IMG/VR virus record: IMGVR_UViG_2767802241_000002
Span: 32,001 to 96,000 of that record
Length of the DNA stretch: 64,000 nucleotides
Reading direction: 5' to 3' (one strand)
From: a virus
Lineage: Duplodnaviria; Caudoviricetes
Part shown: one piece after another, positions 8,814-17,417 of the stretch
Layout of the letters: each line of letters opens with the position of its first letter
Position numbering within the stretch: position 1 is the stretch's first letter
Program-made: the position numbers and the translations under genes
The notes under the pieces: model-generated
Told to the model about the DNA's origin: nothing
The model's database searches: none
Seen by the model: only the letters and a program-made list of their open reading frames with translations

Positions 8814-9242
8814 ATGAAAAAGATAGCTTTATTCTTTTTAATTTTGCTTAATCAGCCTGTGTGGGCGGCTCCAACTTTCCTTCTAGAGTGGGACAGCAAA
8901 GGAGAAGCCTCCTCAGTAAATGGTGTTACTTACCTTGGGTGGGATAATGATCCCAGTTGCACCGCTGATATTTTTATAGATGAAATTAAGTCTTTTAACT
9001 ATACAGCTTATGATGGGAACGTGGAGATTATCACAAAAAACAATCACTCCCCAGATGGATTATTTATTTACAAAAAAGACCTGAAAGGGTTGAATTTTGA
9101 TGGAAATAACCACCTGTCAACACTCTTAAAAACTAAGGAGAAAGTTGTTTTTATTGGTGAGAAATGCGGATCTGGTGGTTATTTCAACATAGGAAGCATA
9201 ATTAAATTGAGCGAGATTAATAAGGCAAGCAAAGCACCCTAG
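8814..9242 (+). CDS. Exported hypothetical protein (moron)
   Basis: Signal peptide MKKIALFFLILLNQPVWA; followed by the bidirectional terminator AAAGCACCCTAGGGTGCTTT. Confidence 0.7.
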   Translation: MKKIALFFLILLNQPVWAAPTFLLEWDSKGEASSVNGVTYLGWDNDPSCTADIFIDEIKSFNYTAYDGNVEIITKNNHSPDGLFIYKKDLKGLNFDGNNHLSTLLKTKEKVVFIGEKCGSGGYFNIGSIIKLSEINKASKAP

Positions 9243-9260
9243 GGTGCTTTTTTGTTGGGG

Positions 9261-10052
9261 TTACGCTAGTTCCTCAAAACCATCATACATATTCGTACCT
9301 GCTGGGTTTCGCTGAAGTAAGGACATACATCCCTCATTGAAGACTAAAGGCAACTTGGATTGTAAATACTGATCTGCCTCAAATGCTGACTTTTTCATAT
9401 CGTCAAGCCACTTGCTGAGTGTGCCCTCCGAATCGCCGCGATTTAAAAGCAGTCTTTTAATAAGTTTTGTTTCACATTCACGGCGAACTTCAATATAAGG
9501 CTCAATGATGTTTAAAATGCGTTGAAACTCTTGCGCCATCGCTGGTAAGTGTTCGACTTCAAACTTGGCAGGGCTAGGTACGCCAGTGACATGGCGTAGC
9601 GAGTGATAGACAGCATTTGTAAATGATCTCTTATGATCCAAATATCCAGCACAGCACCAAATAAGACGCTTTAAATTCAGCATATCGTTGTTGTTGATAT
9701 AGTTGCGCTTTTCAATAGGTTTAGGGGCTTCATATTTGCCAGTTTTACGGATAGCTGGTAAAACTTCAGAGGTTACCCATTTTTTGAATCTTTTTGCTTC
9801 AGGTTTTCGACTTTTTAAAATCGCTGAATAGAGACCAGATTCGTTGATGATAGATAAATCTTGGCTTCCAGAGGGGGTACGCAGATTGTGCGTACCCTTT
9901 TCATCATCATCTAAGAAACGAGTCATGTCGCTTGCCATACGATAATCTAAAGCATTTGCAACATCTGTAGCAACAAACCAAAGCTCGCCGTTTATATCAA
10001 TGATACGGATGTCGTGTTGATCATGAAAAGTGAATTGTGTTAGATTAGCCAT
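9261..10052 (-). CDS. BRO-N domain antirepressor-like protein
   Basis: WFVATDVANALDY...INESGLYSAILKSRKPEAKRFKKWVTSEVLPAIRKTGKY. Confidence 0.9.
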   Translation of the reverse strand: MANLTQFTFHDQHDIRIIDINGELWFVATDVANALDYRMASDMTRFLDDDEKGTHNLRTPSGSQDLSIINESGLYSAILKSRKPEAKRFKKWVTSEVLPAIRKTGKYEAPKPIEKRNYINNNDMLNLKRLIWCCAGYLDHKRSFTNAVYHSLRHVTGVPSPAKFEVEHLPAMAQEFQRILNIIEPYIEVRRECETKLIKRLLLNRGDSEGTLSKWLDDMKKSAFEADQYLQSKLPLVFNEGCMSLLQRNPAGTNMYDGFEELA

Positions 10053-10124
10053 GTTGACTTTCCTTTAAGTTGTTGACATCAATTAAGCCCTCGCCGTGCA
10101 AAGTCTGGGCTTTTTTGTTGTCTG
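10041..10124 (+). ncRNA. Putative Sar-like antisense RNA over the BRO RBS (module B)
   Basis: Extended -10 TGtTAGATT inside the first BRO codons; terminator AAGCCC-N-GGGCTTTTTT; arms identical to 5609-5662. Confidence 0.5.
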
Positions 10125-10136
10125 AGATATTCATAA

Positions 10137-10934
10137 TTATGCTCGAAAGATACTATTTAATTTGATGCCATAAACTGCTTGCCACGCATCTTTAGGGTAA
10201 GTTTTTACTGATCCGTAATTAGCATCATAAATATCTTTGATTTTCTTGCCGTTATCCTGGCACCATTTTTTTAGAGTGCGCCAGTTGAACTTTTCACCAG
10301 TTACAGTCTCAACAGCTTTAATTGAAGCGTAGTTTTTGGATTCGCCCAGTTGCTCTTTTAGTTTTTCAGCTTCACGACTTTTTGCTGATGCAGTTGCCAT
10401 TGCGGTAGCTTCACGGCGTTTACCGATTTCAGCTTTAGTTGCTACAGCATGGTCACGTTCCTGTTGTGCAATTTGCTTTGCTTTGTATTCAGCAGCCCAA
10501 GCAATAGCAGCCTCGGCAGGATCAGCGAAGTTTGGCAGGGTTAAGTCATTCTGCTGTGATTGCTTTTTAAAATTAAAGTAGCAGTCTTCAAGTTGTTCAA
10601 ATACATTCCAAGACTGATCAGTGTCTAAAATCTTGGCATGTCGTGCTGCACCTTTTTCAGTCCAGAGCATTAGTCGTGCTGTATGTTTTGGAACATGGTG
10701 AATACCAGTTACCATGTTCTTAAAAGCTTTGAGTTCAGCGCCTTCAACTTTAAAATAGTGCTTACCTTCAATAAATCGACTGGTGTTATTTGAGAAGTTC
10801 TTTTTTACATTATCGGTCTCAGTGCCATAAAAATCTGCCAACTGCTCAGTAGTCATAACAGGTACAGATTGATACTCAATAATTGATGTTTGCTTGTCGG
10901 CGATACAGACAGGGGTGTTAATTAATGCATTCAT
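10137..10934 (-). CDS. ORF6N-domain antirepressor-like protein
   Basis: VMTTEQLADFYGT...RFIEGKHYF...LWTEKGAARHAKILDTD; LPNFADPAEAAIAWA. Confidence 0.85.
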   Translation of the reverse strand: MNALINTPVCIADKQTSIIEYQSVPVMTTEQLADFYGTETDNVKKNFSNNTSRFIEGKHYFKVEGAELKAFKNMVTGIHHVPKHTARLMLWTEKGAARHAKILDTDQSWNVFEQLEDCYFNFKKQSQQNDLTLPNFADPAEAAIAWAAEYKAKQIAQQERDHAVATKAEIGKRREATAMATASAKSREAEKLKEQLGESKNYASIKAVETVTGEKFNWRTLKKWCQDNGKKIKDIYDANYGSVKTYPKDAWQAVYGIKLNSIFRA

Positions 10935-11095
10935 ACTGCTGCTCCTTGAATTTGTTTATAAAGTTTAATCGCCTGATTAACTATAAAGTTAATCGAGCGA
11001 TCGTGTTTATTTGCGTGTTGTTTAAGCCATTCATGATCATTGGGATCAATGACTCTAATCTTCATTTGTGGGTGAGCAATTGTTTCGGTAGACAT
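10931..11095 (-). CDS. Arc-like RHH repressor (module B)
   Basis: HPQMKIRV...WLKQHANKHDRSINFIVNQAI. Confidence 0.75.
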   Translation of the reverse strand: MSTETIAHPQMKIRVIDPNDHEWLKQHANKHDRSINFIVNQAIKLYKQIQGAAV

Positions 11096-11106
11096 GTTTA
11101 ATCTCC

Positions 11107-11176
11107 AATGAACCACAGTGGTTCATTTGAATTAAAACTGAACCACGGTGGTTCTATTGTCAATACCCCACGGTGG
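11107..11176. promoter_or_regulatory. Three Mnt-type operators (module B)
   Basis: AATGAACCAC-A-GTGGTTCATT, GAACCACGGTGGTTC and CCACGGTGG; the core matches the P22 Mnt operator core CCACGGTGG. Confidence 0.8.
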
Positions 11177-11218
11177 TATAAAATGAATATTATTTTGTGG
11201 TATATGGTTGTAATTTAT

Positions 11219-11743
11219 ATGAGCAGAGTAGATCCCCAGTTAAAGCTTAGATTGCCGCTGGAATTGAAAGATAAAATTACTGAATCAGCAGCAAGTCTTG
11301 GTCGATCTATAAATGCTGATGTTGTGGCAAGACTGGAACAAAGTTTTGATCAAGCTGGTGTTGAGTTGCGTCAAAATGAAATGATAATTGATAAGGATCT
11401 ATATAAAGAGCTTATAGGGATGCGTAAGGATTTATTAAAAATGTCAAAACTTATATATGACGGATTTGCTCCAAAATTTGAAGAGATAAAAATATTGCCC
11501 TATTCAAAACCCACCAACAAGGCTATCGCAGTTGGTGACACAATTAAGTTAAATTTCACATTCGGGGAATCAAATAATAGTAGATTTGGCAATTTTAGTG
11601 TTCTTGAATATGATGGCGAGATAGGCATTGCCGAACTGATTGGGGTTACATTGGATATAAACTATTTTGAAGATTATGAGGATAGAATTGGTTCAAAATA
11701 TAAATTCAAAAAAAATGATGTAGTTGATGTTAAAAAGAAGTAA
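11219..11743 (+). CDS. Arc/Mnt-family repressor with a C-terminal extension (module B)
   Basis: MSRVDPQLKLRLPLELKDKITESAASLGRSINADVVARL. Confidence 0.85.
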   Translation: MSRVDPQLKLRLPLELKDKITESAASLGRSINADVVARLEQSFDQAGVELRQNEMIIDKDLYKELIGMRKDLLKMSKLIYDGFAPKFEEIKILPYSKPTNKAIAVGDTIKLNFTFGESNNSRFGNFSVLEYDGEIGIAELIGVTLDINYFEDYEDRIGSKYKFKKNDVVDVKKK

Positions 11744-11857
11744 TTTAAAACCCACTTTCTGAACCGCCCTCAAAAATTGGCTTCCAGTCCAGTTTGAAGG
11801 GTGGTTTTTTTACGCTCATTTGTTGATAATGATCTCATTGTTTAAATAGAGATTATT

Positions 11858-12196
11858 ATGAGAAAGGTATTGTTAATCGCCGTTGGGTTGGCTTTGGTGG
11901 GGTGTGGGCAGTCTGAGGCAGAAAAAGCTAAGTCTAAAAAAGAAATGACAGAGATTAAGGTTAATCGAATCGGCAAGGAGCGAGTAATTGCTAAACTTAA
12001 GGATGGTGGATCTGCGAAATTTCAAAATCAAGTAGCATTTTGCGGTGAAGTTAATGCAAAAAATAGTTTTGGTGCATATACGGGATTTAAGCGATATATA
12101 GCTGCTAGTGATGAGTTGGTAGTTATGGAGGATAATATGGATCCAAAAGAGTTTGATGACGCATGGAGGGAGTATTGCGTTAGTTATGCCAAATAG
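11858..12196 (+). CDS. Lipoprotein moron
   Basis: Lipobox LVGC; CGEVNAKNSFGAYTGF motif shared with 48458-48895. Confidence 0.8.
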   Translation: MRKVLLIAVGLALVGCGQSEAEKAKSKKEMTEIKVNRIGKERVIAKLKDGGSAKFQNQVAFCGEVNAKNSFGAYTGFKRYIAASDELVVMEDNMDPKEFDDAWREYCVSYAK

Positions 12197-12253
12197 TTTT
12201 AATTAATTAAGACCCGCAAATTGCGGGTTTTTTTATGCCTAAAGGAAAGTGAA

Positions 12254-12601
12254 ATGAAAGATAAATCAAAGTGGTTTGTGTATAAACAGAGCAATGGTAA
12301 ACAGGTAGGCTGCTTTCGATTGAAGCCATTTAGCAATATAGAGTGTTCTAAGGCTTTAGGCATGCTTATGTTACGAAAAAACATCTTGGGAATAGAGGGA
12401 ACTGGATTTTACCAAGAGTTTATTAAGATCATTGCTGAGCATGTCATTCAGGACTGGGAAAATATCACTCTGCAATTTACTGATAAGCATGGTTTTGAAA
12501 CAGAAAAATATACACCTGAAAACGCATATCAATTAATGGCATGTGGGGATATTGGAACAGAATTAGCTGTCTGGATTATAGATAAGGCAAAAAGTATTTA
12601 A
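12254..12601 (+). CDS. Second tail assembly chaperone paralogue, lacking the frameshift tail
   Basis: Aligns by eye to 1950-2420 (HVIQDWENITL vs HLIKDWKGVTF; GDIGTEL vs GDIGIYL). Confidence 0.7.
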   Translation: MKDKSKWFVYKQSNGKQVGCFRLKPFSNIECSKALGMLMLRKNILGIEGTGFYQEFIKIIAEHVIQDWENITLQFTDKHGFETEKYTPENAYQLMACGDIGTELAVWIIDKAKSI

Positions 12602-12682
12602 CTGCTAACCACTAATACAACTTTTTACACTCAACTACAGGGCTCGTTTTTACGAGCTTTTTTATTACCTAGAGGAACCGAA

Positions 12683-15600
12683 ATGGCAGAACAAGTATCT
12701 GGTTTATTGATAAGAATTGATGCTGTTGAGGCAAAAAAAGAAGCGCTTAAGCTCAATCAGCAATTAGTAAATATGACAACATACGGCGATCGTGCTGGGA
12801 AATCTGCTGAGAATCTCGGTGGCTCACTTAGAACAGCAAGTAGTGCTGCCAAAGAGCTCCTTAAATATACAGCAACACTTATTACAATTGATAAGGCCGT
12901 CAGCATGGCTGATGGGTATGTTCAAATGGCCGCCCAAATAAGAAATGCTACAACTAGTGCCGCAGAATACGATAAGGTTCAAAAGCATTTACTTGAAACA
13001 GCTAATACTACTTATCGCTCCCTTAAGGAGGCTCAGCAAGTATATTTAGATGTGGGAGGCTCCCTTAAAGCGTATGGATACACAACCGAACAGGCTTTAA
13101 GGATCACTGATAGCTTATCGTTTAGTTTTACGCACAATGCTACAGCTGCGGATAAAGCAGCAACTGCTACAAACGCATTTATGGCAAGTGTCTACAGCGG
13201 TCAGGCGACTGGTGAGCAGTTTAGATCAATACTTTCCGCCATACCAAGTATTGTTGATGACTTATCAACAAGCATGGAAAAGTCGAAAGATATTATTTTA
13301 ACAATGGGTAATGCTGGTCAAATTACAAGAGAGCAATTAACTCGTGCTTTTGACGAAAGTCGGGAAAAAAGTGAGCAATTAGCGAACAATATGGAAAACA
13401 GTCTTGCAGATGGTTTGACAGCTCTCTCTAACTCATTGACTGTATTTCTTGGAAATATAAACCAATCAACTGGAGCTACAAATTCAGCAGCAGCAGCATT
13501 GGGTATCTTGGGTGAAAATATAGATAAAGTGGCAATCTTAGGGGGTGTTGCAGCATCGATTTATGCTGGTCGCCTAGCTGCTGCGTTTGTAGTGTCTGCA
13601 CAAAAAGCAGCATGGAATACTGCCGCTTTGATTACACAAACGGGGGCAATGATTGGCGCAAAAACAGCAGCAAACAACCTGTATCTTGCGCTCGGTGGTC
13701 CTGTAGGTTTGACAGTGGCTGTTGTTGGTGCTGCCGCATCAATATATTCACTAAGAGACGCAGCAAAAGAAACTACCCCAGTGCTAGAAAAACAAGCAAA
13801 AGAGGTTAAGGATCTGGTTGCCGAGTATGACAAATTGGACGAAGCTCAAAAAAGACAGGCATTGCGAGAGCAAATAGCAGATGTCCAAGAGTTAAGTGAG
13901 GCTCATAAAAAGCAATATCTAGCATTAACTGGTCTTGGTCGTGTTGTTATCAATAACACAGACCTAACTTTAAAAGATCGAGATGCAGCAAAGTCTCTTT
14001 ATGATCAATATATAAATGGCAAGATCAGCGCAGAGCAATTTGCATCTGGTTTAAATAAACTAAATTCAGTTAATAAGGATCTTAAAGAAAGTATTGATAA
14101 GCAGGCAAACGCTACATCTTTAGCAAATAAAGCTTATGAAAAAGCTATTCAGCTTCGTGATTTGTTTCTAGGGCGCTCTAAAGATACTGTCAATTCTCAT
14201 GATAATGAGACGGCGGCGCTACAACGTAAAAAGAAAGCATTGGATGATCTTAATCAAAGTAGCGAGCAGCAAAATGCCAAAAATGAATTATGGCTACGGA
14301 ATGTTAAGGCTGCTGGTGGTGGGCAAAAAGGGCTTGATTGGGGCAACTTTATGGAGTCATGGCGTAGCCGCAACAACATTGCGTCAGACACTCATTTGAG
14401 CGATGAACAGCTCAAAATTGCATACAAAGAATATAATCTTGAGCAAGCGCGAAAGAAAGTTCAGGATGATATTACAAAATCCATTCAAGCGCAGAACAGC
14501 GAACTCAACAAGCAAGCCAAACTGACTAAAAACCTTGGTAATGGTCTAGTGAGTAACTCACACTTAAAAGGATTACCAATCAAAAGCCGTGAGTCCATTG
14601 CTGGCGGTAGTGTTCGCGGTTATACAGCGGAATTTGCTCAAATTCTTGGTAAAGAATTGAAAAGCTCAATCAATACTTTCACAGGGTTTAATGACAAGTT
14701 TCATAAGGGTAAAGGGGGTAGACATCCGCAAGGTCAGGCATTTGATATTCGTCTAAACGGCGGTTCCGATAGTGCAAAAGTAAACGCTCAAATTAAAGCA
14801 TTAGCTGATAAATATGGCTACGTTGTGAAAACTTTAGATGAATATAAGAATCCATCTAAACACGCAACAGGTGGACATATGCATGTTAGTGTGACAGGGC
14901 GTAAAAAGGGGCAAGCTGGAGCGGTTGCTGACTTGGATATTTATGATGAGATTCAACGCCGTGAAGATGCTCAAGCCAATCAACGCATTCAACTCGCACT
15001 TGCCGTCGCGGATGAAAAAACGCGCATTGAGGCTCGATTGCAAGAAGATATTAAGGAAATCAGCCAAGCTGGCTTTTCGCCTGAGGAGACCGCTAAATTA
15101 ATCGCTCAATATCGCGAACGTGCTGATGCTGAGATTGCTTTAGCTGAATATGCATTGCAGACAAAACTTGATGACTATAAAGATTTTCAGCGTTCAGAAT
15201 CTGAATTGCTTGAAAAGAGTTTTATGCAGAAGAAGTTTTACGCCGCAAATGATATTGAGTTGAGTAAAGAAGAACGGCAAAAAGCCGTATCGCTTCTTGA
15301 TGAGCAGTTAAAGCGAGAACAGGCTTTGCTTGAAATGGCAAAAGAGCAACGCCTATTTCAAATCCGATCTCAATTCATGTCTGAAGCGCAGGCAATGCAA
15401 GAGCGCTACAGACTCGAAGAGGCTGAACTGGTCAATATCAACGATCTGCAGGAGCGAAACTTTCAGCGCGCAATGATCCGCTTAAAGCAAGAGGAGGAAA
15501 CTAGAAAGCGCATGAATGATGCTGCCATGGCTTGGGATCAGGTGCAGGCACAGATGCGTAACTCCAGTGGAATGATGCAAGTTGAACAGGATCGGTTTAG

Positions 15601-16528
15601 CAGGCTGGATGCATCGCAGAATGTATTTGATTCACAGATGGTAGCTGTTGATAACGGCGAACAAGGTGCATTACAACGCATTCAAGATCAATTGAATCAA
15701 GAGCTCATTACTCAGCAAGAGTTTGAGGACCAGAAGACATTGATTTTACAGACGGCGCTGCAAACACGGCAAGCTATCTATGATGAGCACGTGGCTAGAC
15801 AGGCTGAGGTTGAAAAAGCATATCAAAAGGATTCGCTCAATCTTCAATTAACGCAGGCGCAGGAAACACTTGGTACTTGGGCTGGTTTGTTTGGCGATAT
15901 GATGGGGGAGCAGTCTACCGCATACAAAGCTATGTTTGCTTTAGAGAAAGGTTTTGCTGTTGCTAAGGCAATGATGGCTATCCCTGAATCTTATTCAAAA
16001 GCATACAATGCTGTAGTTGGTATCCCTTATGTTGGTCCATACATGGCGCCAGTTATGGGGGCTGCGGCTGCGGCAGCTCAGGTTGCACAAGCTGCAAGCA
16101 TCAAGAAAACCAATTTATCTGGCTTCTCATCCGGTGGATTCACTGGCTACGGCGGTAAATACGATCCTGCGGGTATCGTCCATCGCGGTGAAGTGGTCTG
16201 GTCGCAGGATGACATTAAGCGATGGGGTGGCGTCAGCAATGTCGAGTCTATGCGAACAAGCAACCCAAACCGCGAGATTCAGCAATCCAAGGCTATTCGA
16301 GAAAATCAGTCTGCGAGTAGCACGACCGTACAACCTAAAATCATCATCAATACACCACCTGGCACCTATGCTGAAACCAGTACAGGAGCTGACGGCGCGA
16401 TAACGATTGATGTTGTACGGCGTGAGGCGCGAGATGCTGTTAAGCAGTCATGGGATCGGGTCGGGCAATCCAATTCGCATGAGTCTAAGCAAGTTCGTCA
16501 AAACTTCGATGTAAAACCTCGCCGTTAA
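12683..16528 (+). CDS. Tape measure protein with an internal M15-like peptidase domain
   Basis: 1281 aa, Ala-rich and helical; lambda-like C-terminal GFSSGGFTG...PAGIVHRGE; internal H-x6-D...HxH. Confidence 0.9.
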   Translation: MAEQVSGLLIRIDAVEAKKEALKLNQQLVNMTTYGDRAGKSAENLGGSLRTASSAAKELLKYTATLITIDKAVSMADGYVQMAAQIRNATTSAAEYDKVQKHLLETANTTYRSLKEAQQVYLDVGGSLKAYGYTTEQALRITDSLSFSFTHNATAADKAATATNAFMASVYSGQATGEQFRSILSAIPSIVDDLSTSMEKSKDIILTMGNAGQITREQLTRAFDESREKSEQLANNMENSLADGLTALSNSLTVFLGNINQSTGATNSAAAALGILGENIDKVAILGGVAASIYAGRLAAAFVVSAQKAAWNTAALITQTGAMIGAKTAANNLYLALGGPVGLTVAVVGAAASIYSLRDAAKETTPVLEKQAKEVKDLVAEYDKLDEAQKRQALREQIADVQELSEAHKKQYLALTGLGRVVINNTDLTLKDRDAAKSLYDQYINGKISAEQFASGLNKLNSVNKDLKESIDKQANATSLANKAYEKAIQLRDLFLGRSKDTVNSHDNETAALQRKKKALDDLNQSSEQQNAKNELWLRNVKAAGGGQKGLDWGNFMESWRSRNNIASDTHLSDEQLKIAYKEYNLEQARKKVQDDITKSIQAQNSELNKQAKLTKNLGNGLVSNSHLKGLPIKSRESIAGGSVRGYTAEFAQILGKELKSSINTFTGFNDKFHKGKGGRHPQGQAFDIRLNGGSDSAKVNAQIKALADKYGYVVKTLDEYKNPSKHATGGHMHVSVTGRKKGQAGAVADLDIYDEIQRREDAQANQRIQLALAVADEKTRIEARLQEDIKEISQAGFSPEETAKLIAQYRERADAEIALAEYALQTKLDDYKDFQRSESELLEKSFMQKKFYAANDIELSKEERQKAVSLLDEQLKREQALLEMAKEQRLFQIRSQFMSEAQAMQERYRLEEAELVNINDLQERNFQRAMIRLKQEEETRKRMNDAAMAWDQVQAQMRNSSGMMQVEQDRFSRLDASQNVFDSQMVAVDNGEQGALQRIQDQLNQELITQQEFEDQKTLILQTALQTRQAIYDEHVARQAEVEKAYQKDSLNLQLTQAQETLGTWAGLFGDMMGEQSTAYKAMFALEKGFAVAKAMMAIPESYSKAYNAVVGIPYVGPYMAPVMGAAAAAAQVAQAASIKKTNLSGFSSGGFTGYGGKYDPAGIVHRGEVVWSQDDIKRWGGVSNVESMRTSNPNREIQQSKAIRENQSASSTTVQPKIIINTPPGTYAETSTGADGAITIDVVRREARDAVKQSWDRVGQSNSHESKQVRQNFDVKPRR

Positions 16529-16609
16529 ATTTTATGAAGATTAGCCACTTAGGTGGCTTTTTTCTTACTATGTTGATATTTTACATGCACTAAATACAGG
16601 TGATTAAAA

Positions 16610-17053
16610 ATGAAAAATATCTTTTTATTTGGGGTTTTAGGGTTGGCTTTAGTTGGATGTACAAGCATTCAGGTTAACAATACAAGTGGTTTTAACCCAA
16701 CCTCTATACAGCAAGTTTGTATTGTTGATAACCCTAAAGTAATTATTAAAGACTTCAATTACTTGACAGAAAAAAGTTTCGGTCGCTACAACATTCAAGC
16801 AAGAACAATTAAAGATACTGATGATCAGAGCCAATGCCAAACCATCTTACATTACACAGCTCTTAGAAGCTGGGATCTTGCACCATACATGGTTTCGGCT
16901 CAATTTAATCTCATTCAGGATGGGCGCCAAGTATCTGAAGCCTCATTTAGATTAAAGGGGAATGGAGGGTTAGCACTTAATAAATGGCGTAGTACAGAAA
17001 CCAAGATCAATGAATTGGTTGACCAGTTACTTGGAAAAACGGAACCAAAATAA
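16610..17053 (+). CDS. Lipoprotein moron (resembles the Sbal_3080 family)
   Basis: Lipobox LVGC; YTALRSWDLAPYM motif; own terminator. Confidence 0.7.
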   Translation: MKNIFLFGVLGLALVGCTSIQVNNTSGFNPTSIQQVCIVDNPKVIIKDFNYLTEKSFGRYNIQARTIKDTDDQSQCQTILHYTALRSWDLAPYMVSAQFNLIQDGRQVSEASFRLKGNGGLALNKWRSTETKINELVDQLLGKTEPK

Positions 17054-17106
17054 AAATCTTTAATTCGTAGAAGCCTCACACCAGTGGGGCTTTTTAATAC
17101 CCAAAG

Positions 17107-17140
17107 AAAAACCCCGATGCGGCAAACATCGGGGTTTTTT
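17107..17140. terminator. Bidirectional hairpin, possibly the terminator of an antisense RNA
   Basis: AAAAACCCCGATG-cggcaaa-CATCGGGGTTTTT. Confidence 0.65.
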
Positions 17141-17172
17141 GTATCTACCCAGAGGAGGATAAACAAGAATCT

Positions 17173-17346
17173 ATGAATAAATATTCTAACATCAAACCCA
17201 ATATTAGCATAGAGGGAAAAATGAGCAGTAAAGATGCAGGAAAAGTTGCAATCATTATGGCTTGGGGAAAGTCTATATCATTGGTGATAGGTAGTTTTGC
17301 AGGATCGATCATTGCAATAACTGGACTATTTAAATATATGGCTTAA
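17173..17346 (+). CDS. Small hydrophobic peptide (57 aa, or 41 aa from ATG 17221; absent from the ORF track)
   Basis: ...KVAIIMAWGKSISLVIGSFAGSIIAITGLFKYMA*; purine-rich RBS before both ATGs; terminator downstream. Confidence 0.55.
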   Translation: MNKYSNIKPNISIEGKMSSKDAGKVAIIMAWGKSISLVIGSFAGSIIAITGLFKYMA

Positions 17347-17417
17347 ATCATGAAAATTAATATCTAAACCGACCCACTACGAGGTCGGTTTTTTAATACC
17401 CACAATTCGGTGATTCT

